This document shows positions 13,873-25,649 of a stretch of DNA of 64,000 bases, piece by piece (within the stretch, counting starts at the first letter, position 1; every line of letters starts with the position of its first letter). A program made the translations under genes and the position numbers. The notes below the pieces were generated by a model. That model saw only the letters and a list, made by a program, of their open reading frames with translations. It was not told the origin of the DNA and did no database searches. Origin of the DNA: Utricularia gibba (lineage: Eukaryota; Plantae; Magnoliophyta); assembly GCA_002189035.1 (NCBI GenBank), contig CM007990.1:6129690-6193689 (forward strand), given 5' to 3'.

Positions 13873-15130
13873 TCACTGCTCGCCCATGGCTATGATGGCG
13901 GCCACTCTCCCTGCCGGCACGCAATCGGCCCTGTGCCGGAGCTTCCAATCCAGGGCCTGACAAGCACGTGAGCAGTAATTCACTGATCTGCAGACCGAGC
14001 ACCGTCGAAACTCGTGTCTCCGAGTCTCCGGCCGTCCGCAGCCCCAATGGGAACAGAGTCGTTTACCCGGACCCGGACCCTTGCCCGAATACCAGTCGCA
14101 TAGAAATTGATTTGCCGGGTGTGGTGCCGGTGGAGGAACACTACAACTAAAATCGCTTAACACGGGGCAGCAACCGCCGTCGTTTCGAGTGGCTGGCCGA
14201 ACAAGCCACGCGCTATGGGCCACCGCGTTGGGACACACGGCCAAGACTTGCGCCAACCCACGCGCGTTGGCTTGAACGAATAACCTGCACTCCTCGGCGA
14301 TATTGCGCTTCACGTCGTATCCGCCTTGCAGGCAGTGATCAAGTTCCTGGAGTGCATCGAAGTGGCCGAGGTGCGCCGCGTGGGCACAAAGAGCGACGCC
14401 CGCGCGAAAATTCTTGTCATTCTTAGACCCGCCGCTTCCGTTGAATTGGATGACGGCGAGCGAGTATAGCGCCGCTGCATGGGAGCCAATCGCCGCCTTA
14501 GCCATGAGCGATGCTCCGCTTGCTCTCTTCTCCAGACAATAAAACCGAATCTGCGCCAGTAAAAGCAATACGCATCAGAGATTTGTCGATTCCTGGTGCG
14601 GGAGCGTACTGCAGTAAAAGCCTTTTAACAGCAGAACAAAAAGGGTCTAACCATGCCTAGGGTGAAACAGGCTTCAACATTCCCAGCATCCACACAGCTT
14701 CAGAAACCGGTGGGCACATTCCGACCAGTTTTTTGCCTTTACGGCGAGCATTCTGGGGCAAGCTTTAGACAACACCAGCGGGGAAACCCCAACCCGTTAA
14801 ACCTCTTGCATCTGTGTGAATCAGATCATGAGTTAATCATCAGATTCCAGGAAAAATAAAACCAGCAATACAATCCAATCCAATCCCCTACGTCATCAGA
14901 ACACTGACGAAATCAGCAGGGCTTTGCGCCGTGAGGCTGAGGTTTCCTAGAATACAGACCACCAAATCGTCCGGCAAAGCCTCGAAGTAATCGCCGCATC
15001 CCCTTTCCGCCGGGGGCGAAAATCTTGCCCTTTTAAGGCAACCCTTTTCCTCCGTCTTGCCATTCTTCCGCTTCGGTCCTTGATCGTTCGCGGCAGCACA
15101 AACCCATCTCCTTGTTCTCATTCGCTCCAT
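13873..15130 (-). pseudogene. F-box / Sel1-like / MYND zinc-finger protein (At1g67340-like), frameshifted
   Basis: Exons 15130-14892, 14811-14652, 14550-13873. F-box LPDDLVVCIL and MYND RRCSVC...YCSRACQALDWKLRH are present. Exon 2 carries a -1 lesion (run at 14780-14783) and a -2 lesion (TG repeat near 14691-14697), with TAA at 14741-14739 in the shifted frame. Radical substitutions in exon 3. Confidence 0.72.
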
Positions 15131-16109
15131 TACTGTGTTTTTCCATCTTTCTTCACAGGCCGTCTGTCATTTAAAGTGACTTGATGTATAATGTACTGTG
15201 TGACATTTACGGAAGTACCCTCGTGGGTTGCCCCTAATCCGTGTCAAACGCCGTTGACCACACCCGATTTATCTGCAAAAAAGAAAACAAACATGCTCCA
15301 GAATAAAATAGGAAATCAGCTTCCCCTTTTTTTATATTTTACAAAGGGGAAGAACCAGATTAGATGAGAGGGTGGTTATAGAGGCCAACGAAGACGTGGA
15401 GTTAAAGCGCGGGGACATGATGAACAGGCCCACAGCAACACGCCGTGATCTTTTGTGGTTCATGCATGCCGCCATCACCTGGGCTGGTTACACCATAACA
15501 AAAAAATAAAGAGCAGCGTACCGCAGGCGCGGAAGTCACCACCCTCGATGCTACCCACATCATTCATGTTCGTACAGGACGGTCTCGTTCCATCGCGGCG
15601 GATCCGCTGGCATACATCTTTTTTTGTTTCGGGCTTCACCCCACAGCCGAACTACGTACCCAAATTCATAAACCCCCTTCTTTTTTCTTTTTCTTTTTCT
15701 TTTGTACATAGGCGACAACTTGGTAAGGCTGCCCACTCACTAGTAACCACATCTTCTCAAGGCAAAACAGCGCTGCATATCTATCCTTTTGCAAATTACA
15801 GGATATTCAGATGTCGCAGTACCATCAAAATTACTACATTCACTTATCCACAATTCACAGTGACATCAAATCGGAACCAACATCAATCATTCTATCCCCA
15901 ATTTTACCATCCTCACGTCTTACCTTCAAAGCAATCACTACACCCTTCAAATCAACTAACTGGTCATTCACTAAACCCATTGATTGCCACACTCATCTTC
16001 TTGCACAGGATTATAATTTAAAAACTAACCCGAATGTACCTCCCGATGGGTTTGATTGCGGTCAGATACTGGAAGATTCCTTCTTAACTTCCATTCGGCT
16101 GAACTTGTT

Positions 16110-18057
16110 TCACAACCTCAACATCCTCCAGGGTAACTCCTTTCCTCTATATTCAACTTCCTCCACATCGTCAACACCTTCTGACGCCTCGATTCCCTCA
16201 AGGAATGATGATGCAGTTTTGACAATATCAGATGGAATGGCACCAGGATCGAGCTCCCTACAAACCCCGAGCAACTACAGTCCTTCCTCCCGGGTAAATA
16301 AATGGGAGGGCACCTGATGAGAAAATCGAGAGATTTCTTCACATGGGATCCTTCGAATTTGGCTTGGATCAAAATGCTGATGAAAAATGGCTTTGGATCC
16401 GGCCACCTTGACCATTGGAATTACGATCACGCCAAAATTCTCATCGCAATCTTCCAGTACTTCAACGATATCATAACTGTGCAACAATTCATCTGCTGTC
16501 ACTTCATTCCATTCCAGGGACCAATTTCTATATAAAGCCCAGATATCTCCCTTCCTAGGATACACGAGAGTCCTACTGGGTGCTGGTTGCTTACATCTTA
16601 CATGGTGTGAGAAACAGTCCACTGAATAAAGAAAAACTTGCTTCTCCATTTGGAACTCCCCACATGTTCCTGAAAATCCATTAGAATAGCAACTTGCGGT
16701 GCTGCTTCTGCTGTGCGTTACTGAAATTAGCCAACTAACTCTCAATCTAAAGGGATTCAGAGATATTATACTTCGAATCATCACATAATTGCGAGGCATA
16801 CCGTCATCATCATCATATACAGCCCATACTTGGTTCTTGCCAAACGAATGTACCCTCCTGTTCATGTCAAAGTCATGGAAGTCAGAATCATGGACATGCA
16901 ATGAAAGTTGATCAACTGAATTCCTCTCGGGACAAGGTCCTGAAGTGTTGCGATTAAGTCCATTCTCGGGGAAACTGCACTCAGTCAGAGGTAACCTACG
17001 TTGTGCGTTTGTTGTACGTTCTATGCTATTATCATGAATCTCCACAAAGGCTGCATTTCTCACTAAGGGTGCTGAGAAGCATTTACTCAACGTCTCACAT
17101 ATTTCTGCACAGGCTTTCTTCATCAACATCTGCTTAATATTCGAAACATCATTTCGTTTGATACCAGGCTTTCCATCACCAAGGTCAACTGACTTCAATG
17201 TCTCCTTATAAATGTTGGATTCTTCATCCCCCTTACATCTTTTGAAAGCATTCAGATCGCTGGAGGATGCAACATAAATTCTTTTTCTCGAGGAAAGACT
17301 TCTACGAAGCGATGCCTCCTTCTTTTTAAAAGCATCCTGTGCATTCTGTCTTTCTCGCATCGCTTTCTCATATTCCCGCTTAACCATATTTTCAGATTGA
17401 ACGGGAGACCGAGTATTCGGCGACTTCTGTGAAGGAGCCCATCCAAAATTACAGTTATTGGAATTCTTGCCTTTATATGAATGGAAAGCTCCCTGTTGGC
17501 AGGACGAGTTGTTAATGGCAACACCAGATCCCTGCTGTTTCGCTTTCTGTTGTTGGAAATTGTTACAGCTATATGTAATCTTGGAATTCCGGGGTGATGG
17601 AGGATCAATTTCAACTGCAAAGTAAGCTTCTTGGCAATTTGGGCAGAGAAGATTGCGGTTGCAATATATCCGAAAATATTCATACTGGCTCCTACATCGA
17701 TGGCAAACAGTCCAGAAGGTGTCTCTTTATTCCATATGAAATGAATAAGGAGCAGATGCGGCATTACGATTGCTGGCTTTAGTCTTCGAATCCCTACTCT
17801 TCAAAGCAACAGTGTTCTCAAAATGGAAAAATTCATTTCTCTTTGATGATTCTGAAGGGCGGTAGACGGTATCACTTTTATGCGGAAACATTCCACCAAT
17901 TATCAGAAAGGAAATTCCATTCTTGAAATAGGAGCTAAAATGCTCCTTCAGATCCGAAAGACCTGTTTCTATCTTTCACTCCCTTGAAAACGTTAACCAT
18001 AAATTTCCTCTCAGAAATCGTGTTTGCTCTCAAGGGGTCATCCCTGTTACCCTCCAT
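16110..18057 (-). pseudogene. DnaJ / zinc-ribbon / DUF3444 protein pseudogene
   Basis: Starts MEGNRDDPLRANTISERKF. Remnant J-domain DRNRSFGSEGAF*LLFQEWNFLSD lacks the HPD motif. Zinc ribbon DTFWTVCHRCRSQYEY...CPNCQEAYFAVE and DUF3444 QVWAVYDDDDGMPR...YPRKGDIWALY...RFSHQVP follow. In-frame stops at 17937-17935, 17729-17727 and 16277-16275. Confidence 0.85.
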
Positions 18058-19343
18058 CCACTGTTTTTGCTTGCTCCGAATCTTCTCTTCAAGAATCACC
18101 AACATAAATGTTCAAGATCCAAAGAATTAACCATGAAAGTACATATTAAAATAAGCACACGCACACACATAAACACTCAAGCTCTATTTATTCTGGTAAT
18201 GAAAAACGGCAGAAAGCAGTGAACACATCATTCAAACACCAGCACATACATTAGCAGCTCGTTTAGTGATTCATAGAAATTGCTGTTCTTTTTGCTTAGA
18301 TAGTATGATTTATTGCGATGCAGAGCAAGCTCTCACAGAACAACAGACCACAAAGTCAGATGAAACACCGCTCCATGGTCATCAAGATAAATGAAAAACA
18401 AGAATGCAATGAGATAATCTAGAGCAACCCACCTGTAGTATCATCGCAGCCAAGATCTAATCACGCTCCCAATATGGCATTAAACCCGCATTCCAGTATA
18501 CAGAACAAATCCGTGAAATTGATGATCAAGCGGCACAATATGACAGACATCCGAGCAGAGCGCGCGTAACCGGGTGAGTGTACTAAATTCAGCAGCAGGA
18601 TTTCATTAGTAGAAAACGAAAAAAGAAACCGAGGAAATCGGAATTACAGAAATAAAGGAGCCCTAAAAGTGTGCCGATCAATCTTCCAATAGTAAACGCA
18701 AAGCTGCAAAAGAGGCCTAAAACACTCGCTAAGGGTAAAATGGAGAAGCGAAAATGCTTTGAGTGCCAAGCAAACTACTAGACAAGAAATTGTGATTAGA
18801 TGCTCGAATCCAATAAAAAAAAAAAAAAAGATTTTTTGGGGCAGGCTTTGCTTTTGGGTCGACCAAAAATGTCATCTAATTGGGCCTAAATGTGAAGGAG
18901 CTGCAGCCCGTAACTGACGCCTTGCTTGCACTATAGTTCGCCGGCTATTCGTCTCCTCCTCAAAACTGAAAGTGGTGTTGCCCTCTAATTCGATTTCAGA
19001 ATGGCGGGCCTTCGGCCATTGTGGCTCTTGGTGAATACGGATGAGATTGAGATTCGAATCCACTCGATTGAACTCCACTAAAGCGTACATAAAAATCCCC
19101 CAACTCGTAACCCTAACTTTTTGTTTATTTTGTTTAGGAACATTTCAATGGCACTTGTTATGTGATGTAAAGATACTCCGAAAGAATCTCTCCCACCATG
19201 GAGATCGATCGTAGGGGACAGCAATGGCACTTGGTGGTAATTATAGAAACAAACGTTTGAAGATAAATAGCAGGGAATACAGGAAGGTGAACTTGTGGAT
19301 GGCGTGGCATGGCTGAGTATAAGAAGTCTGTGTGTCTGTCTGT

Positions 19344-20168
19344 CTAGTAGGAAGGGTAAATCTGCATTTGGCTGAGTATGTGTTCGAAGTTGTCGGTGCA
19401 TTTCTGGACAGGATGCGAATGCATCCCCTCGTAGGTTGTTACCACGACCCCTTCGTCGCTGGACTGGCGCTGGACTTGCTTCTTCACATTACAGCCTTGG
19501 AAGGTGCACCTGTAGTAGCTCCTGCAACACACATATCCAGGCCTTGATACAATCTTCGGGAGAGTAGTTCAGAAGATTCCAACACACAGGCTTGACAATA
19601 ACATGATGTAATTAAAACAACACTCTTGCCTTGAAAGGGTTTTTAAGCGCGATTACACTCAACACCTAAATTGTAAAATCATTCAATTTCCGAACAAGGA
19701 ACACGGACAACGAGTTCTGCTCGTTATGTTTTTGTAGGGTCGACAGGTTTGGTAGAAAGAGAGATCGAGAATCGATGGTAAGATAATAGACAATTATTCC
19801 TATCCTGACCTTGGGAACCTGTTGTTCTTGACAGCCTTCTGTCCGTATTTTCTCCACCGATAGCCATCATCGAGAATATCGACTTGGCTTCTGGTTTTAA
19901 AGGCGTATCTGGGCCTCTTCTCGGTCTTCTTCGGCTGATCCAAAACAACACCGTCGTTCATCATCTGAGAACTCGAAGAACCCTCGAACCCGAAACCACC
20001 CATGAAGCTGCTGTTGTTGCTGCCGCCATATCTCCCATGAGCATGATCCACCAAACCTTGGTGGATGTGGTGGTTGTTCATATTGATGAGGGAAAATTGA
20101 GGAAGCGCAGAAGAGGAAGCTGAAGAGGATGACGAAGAAGACTGGAACAGAGATGAGTAATTGTCCAT
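19344..20168 (-). CDS. Group IIc WRKY transcription factor (WRKY75/45-like); exons 20168-19810 and 19521-19344
   Basis: RYAFKTRSQVDILDDGYRWRKYGQKAVKNNRFPR|SYYRCTFQGCNVKKQVQR...TTYEGMHSH, with the conserved phase-2 intron after PR. Confidence 0.93.
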
Positions 20169-23100
20169 CCCCAAACCCACTCACTCTGGCGATGATGATG
20201 ATGATGATGGAGATAGAAGACCTTTTTCCTCTTTTCTTTTTCTTTTAGATTGTGTTGGAGTTTATAAAACGAAAACGGAACTCCCAGTTAATGGATAGTT
20301 CCTTTCCAAGGCGGGCGCCCGACTAGTGTTTCTCAACTCTAGTTACGAACTTGACATCTAGTTCTTCTTCTGAGATGCCGCTAATACCGTTGTGTTGGTC
20401 AAACAAGGTGGACGACGCACGTGCCTTTGGAAAAACCCAAGGATATGTGTGCCTGCCTCACCAACGTGTTCCTTGGCATTGCGTCGGAGGAGACTGACCA
20501 GTTAGGGCCTACCCAAATACCATCCTGTCGCCATTCCACTGGTCTGGGACTGCAACGCGGCCCACAAGAACACCAGTCAACCGTACTATTTACTATCTTC
20601 TTGAGGAAGAATAACATCACAAACACGGGAAAGAAAGTGCTTTGAGTGATTATCTGAATAATCAGGGACCAAATTCAGTGCACATAGTTTAATGAGCGCC
20701 CAGCATGATCAAGAAAAGAAATTGAATCGGAATCCGGCGGAGGGGAGGAGCCAGTTGGAGTCTGTGGGCAAACCAACACAACAGGTTGATCCATTTTCCA
20801 CATAGGCAATAATGATATTTAATAAAGAAATATATTTTCTCAACTCCCATCCCACTTCCCATGATAATGATTTGTTATCTCAACACAACACTTGTGTCTC
20901 CCTCCCTCCTTCCCTAACGAAGGTTTGTCATGCCTATCATCCATTTCGCTCAGGGCCTTAAATTTATTTACCATCCCACCCCCCAACTCTACCTAAGGCC
21001 TCAATATAACAACATTTATTTGCGCTCTAGACCCTTCCGATCATATATTTGTTGATTCAGCTGCAAAGGGTGAAACAAATCCTCGTACGGGTTGAAAAGG
21101 CAAGCCACTCAAGTTGGAAGCCGGCGGGTCAAAAGTTGTTAAAAAATAACATTATGTTATTTACTTTTTGGTCGCATTCGGAATTTGTATGATTTAATCA
21201 GAACAAATCTTCCAAACACCTTAATGGCGACACCCCCCGTTTCTTTCCAATCTTAATTGCCGTGCTACGGAATCGGTGACTCTCCAGATAAATCTGAAAA
21301 AAAAAAAACAAGGAAGAAGAAGAAAGCATGATCAATAAAAGTGTAAATCAATTTTTTTAAAATAAAACAAAAAAAAGGGTAAATAGTGGGAGGCATGCGA
21401 GTGATATTTCGTTAAGGTTGTGTAGGGTAGTGGGGCAAAAAAAACAAGGGCTATGGCTATGAAATTGGGAAGCGTAGGTGCAGATATTTTCAACCATGGA
21501 ACCCATTACTCAAAGTCTAGGGAGGAGAGTTTGTCCAAAAGGGTGGACTAATTGTCTTTAATATTCTATTATCAACAATGCTGATTGTCAATATTTGGCA
21601 ATAAAGTTTTACAGCATGTTTTGCTTTTTCCATGTTTCCCATCAATTCCAAGATACGACTCGCTCTCCAATATCAATCACCCTGTGACTGTGAGGAATTT
21701 GGGTGGGTGTACGTCCACCCAGGCATTTGGGCCATGGCCTCCGTTCCCATCGGCCCAATCTGGAGCCATTCCACCAAAACTGCTGATTGTTGATGAGGTC
21801 ATCCGATCCGATTCCATGAACTAATCTTGGGGTTCGTGATCTCATCAATTTATTTATTTATGCTAACAAACTATGTTTTACCACGTCCATAATTTTCCAA
21901 GGGATGCCAAGGATGGAGATGCATAAACACCACTGAGTTGTTAGTCGTGCACCCAAGCTCTAACGGATTTACTGTCCGGGCTGCGCTTACGGAGAGCATC
22001 TTAAGCTCCCGACAGTTACCTTTCTTTTTCTGCAGCTGTACAAGTGTACCCTCATCCATTATTTTAATGCCAAGTGTCATGCCTCATTCAATAAATAAAT
22101 ATACGAAAAAAACAAGGTGAGAATGTATTCAATTTGGAAATTTCTCCATTGCTTCAAAGGTTGATGGACTACGCTCCAAACCCTAAACATTCATTACATT
22201 GAAAGGGGCATGCCATGCCATCAGCAAGGTCCCGCGCACCTGATGCGAATAACCAACAGTAACTAAATTGTTTGGTTGCCCCCTCCGTTTTTGTTCAGAC
22301 CCAGATTCCACAAAACACCCGTGGATGGACGTTAAGAGAAAGGAAAGCTGTCACGGAAGCGTGTTTTCGGGGAAAATACTACACGCGCTAGCTAGGGTTA
22401 CAGGCGGCTGCAAGCTTTTCTGACCCCAACCCTGTTCTTTAGTCCTCTTGTGGAATTGCTACATCCAACAGTGAATCAACCATTGATTTTGCTACTACCC
22501 GGTTGGAGCTTCACTTGGTCCCCGATGGCTCACTGCCTTGCTCATCATCAACCGTGCGTTTGTATTGATGTCATCTCATTCAATGAGGAGATAGATGTTG
22601 AGAGGGGGGAGGGAGGGAGGGAGCTCATGGCGCTTTGCGTAGAAAGTCCCTCACGCCATTGATTGGTTGCTTAGTCCGCATTGTACGAACTAAAAGGGAT
22701 GATAACAACACTGTTTATCATCGTACACCCCCTATTGATTGGGTGTCAGTGACTCATAACTTGGACAATTTCCGATTTCAACGCAACGTTCCTTTAAATA
22801 TGAAAGAAAAATACACAGCTCACCACAGGCCTACGTCATCATATAAAATAATAATAATACTAAACTCACAAGTTCATTTTTGTTTGGCACGGAAGACCAG
22901 CCCAGCCGCCTACTAATCATCATCTTCCTATAGAATCCTTCCTTTGATTTTCCTTGTCCTTCCCTTCGATATTGACTCCATCTTCTTCAATGATGCCCTT
23001 GCAGCAGCAGCTCCTATCTCGGTTGGTCCATCACCCCCCCCCCCCCCCCCCTTATTAATTTCTACTACTTCATTGATTTTGATGACTGATTCAGATTTCA

Positions 23101-23276
23101 CTCTACATCACTAGTATCTCTGTTCATCGAGGTGCCCATACCGCACGCCTTTTCTTACCTGAAAATGCAATTTCGTCAAAAGACGAGCTCAGCTAACCTT
23201 CTTCTTCTTCAAGCTATATTTATTCAGCAGCTCCGTCCAAGTTGAAGTTAGGGCTTTGGAAACACGAGGAAGCAGC

Positions 23277-24533
23277 ATGGCGAGAGGAAAGACTCAGGTT
23301 AAGCGCATCGAGAAGGATGCGAACAGGCAAGTGACTTTCTCCAAGCGAAAAAACGGGCTCCTCAAAAAGGCCTTCGAGCTCTCGGTTCTCTGCGATGTTG
23401 AAGTGGCTCTCATCGTATTTTCACCCAAGGGCAGGATATATGAATTCGCCAGCTCAAGGTATTCCTTCATTCGTATTTGTTCAAGAAGCCTTCCTTCTTT
23501 TGATTCGTCTTTCTGCCTTATTATATACACGTAATAACTTTTGATTTTTCGAGCTAATCATGGATGGCAGTATGATCGAGACATTAGACAAGTACAAAAA
23601 ACGTACTATGGGGAGGGTCCACCCTACCATTCCACCTTCCGGAACTATACAGGTATAATGCTGCAGATTTATAATTGTGCAAGCTGAGCTTAGTCACACA
23701 ACCTCATAAAAACAAATTTCGCAGCAATCTAAAGATGAGATCGCAAACATGATGAAGAGGATCGAACAGCTTGAAGCGTCTAAAAGGTTAACCATATTGC
23801 GAAAGCCGCATTAATTTCGTTTTGTTGTTTTTTTTCTAGGATCCATCGGGGAAAGTTTGATGATACTCGAGTGTTCATGTGTTTCTAGGAAGCTGCTAGG
23901 GGAAGACTTGGCCGCATGCACACTTGAAGAAGTGAAGAAGTTAGAAGAGCAGGTGGTGCCCAGTCTCAACATCATTCGATCGAGGAAGGTATGCGTCGCA
24001 TCGTCCAATAGTCATTTGACATCCTTGGGATGAGTTGCTAACCTCTTGTGCCCCCAGGTTCATCTGTACGAGGAGAGGATTAAACAGCTGAAAGAGAAGG
24101 TGGGTCCTTTTACTTGCCTGGGGAAGTCAATGATTGCGGTTTACATGGTTTTTAGATATGCATACCTAAGGGTTTGTTTTTTTAATACCATTCCTGTGTT
24201 GTGTGAGGCGCACATTCCTAATAGTCCCAGTAACCATTTTTTGGATGGCAGGGAAAAGCCCTAGCACTCGACAACTCCAATTTTCTAGAAGAGGTAACGT
24301 CTCTTGATATTTCATTTGTGCGGAAGGGGTGGGGATGGGGGGTCTGATTTGCATGGCATGCGATGGGCACGCAGTTTGAAGAGGAGGGATTGAAGGAGGC
24401 GAATAGTTCAGGATCTGATCAGATGAATATGGCAGCTAGCGACATCTCCCGACTTTCGCTGAACCTGTGTATGGAGCAGCCACCGGAGAATGGGAGCCGA
24501 GTGAACCGTGAACCCTACTTCTTGTTTATCTGA
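23277..24533 (+). CDS. MIKC-type MADS-box protein, SOC1/TM3-like (7 exons)
   Basis: [12 protein letters not shown]...[24 protein letters not shown]. Exons 23277-23458, 23571-23652, 23725-23786, 23889-23988, 24058-24099, 24252-24293 and 24375-24533 have the canonical MIKC sizes 182/82/62/100/42/42 nt. Confidence 0.88.
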
Positions 24534-25649
24534 GACTTGAGAGGGGAGGCCAGGGTAGCACCCTGCTTTTCTCCTCGAATGCAATATAATAATATGGTAT
24601 TACTCGCAAGAGCATGTCGTTTGCGTGTGATATCGAAAATTGAGTTATCCTTCCGTTTTTTTTTTTTTTTTGACACACAAGAGAATTTTATTTAATGGCA
24701 GAATTGATTTCTTTCTTTCTTTCTTTCTTCTGATAGGATTTAAATGTGAATTGGTTTATAAGTAAAAACGGGTTCCCTATTACCTATCCTATCCTATCTA
24801 TCTCGATGTATTATGATGCAACAAAAGCCCTCATTTCATTCTTAACCTGGTGAACAAAGGAAGCCGGCCCAGCCGCCTGCCTAGATTGATCAGATCGATG
24901 AGCCAGCCAGCCAGCCATCCCCCAATAAACTATAGTTTTTTTTGTGTACAGCAAACAGGAGAGCCTAGGGTTACAGCAGTCAACACCTATCTATATTCTA
25001 TAGTTGTTGAACACATATTGAATTCGGAATATACGGCGTCCCTTGGGGGATTGGTGGGCTGCCTGACCTCTGTTGCCTCTTCCTTCCTAAGTAGAATGAT
25101 GTAAGGCCATTTTGTTTGGATTCATCTCCAAACTTAGCCGCAGAAATGGGGGGTGCTTGAGTGGGCTTGGTTTCAGCATGATCCCAACTCCCATTCCCAG
25201 CCTAACCCTGCCGGGGCGGCTACCTCTACTCAAACGGAAGCCCATTAGAAGAACAGAACTGGTTTCCTGTTGGTGGAACTTGTCTGGAGGAGAAGCCCCG
25301 ACACTCCTTGTTTGGGTTGGGTCCTGGGCCTGTTACTGGGCCTGGGCCTGGCCTAACTTGCTTCTCTTTCTGTTTATGCTGCTGTGCTGGGCTCGTTAAC
25401 ACAAGAAATTTGAACACCAACAAATCACTCCCTGGCCTTTAACTAACCTAACCTTTATGACACGTCTTGAGAAATCCAAAGTGCCTACCCCGCAACGCTC
25501 TTTGACTTGAACCAAAAATGGCGACTCCGACTCCTATACGAATTCCTTCCACCTTTTTTCCCCTAACGACCATTTCTTCTGTCTTAATTTAGGGATCCTC
25601 TACAGCTTTGATTTCTCTCCTTTAAAGTTTCTTCCTTGTCTGGAAAGGC

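Noticed and set aside
15455-16535. Plus-strand ORFs of 188, 168 and 77 aa
   Set aside because: Low-complexity UTR-like or antisense-to-pseudogene sequence with no family motifs.
20693-20712. Partial resemblance to miR167 (CCAGCATGATC core)
   Set aside because: Only 11 contiguous matches, and no complementary star arm was seen nearby.
22178-22187. Interstitial AAACCCTAAA (also AACCCTAAA at 6662) as a telomerase RNA template or telomere relic
   Set aside because: These are single telo-box-type motifs common in plant promoters; no USE/TATA Pol III context or repeat array was seen.
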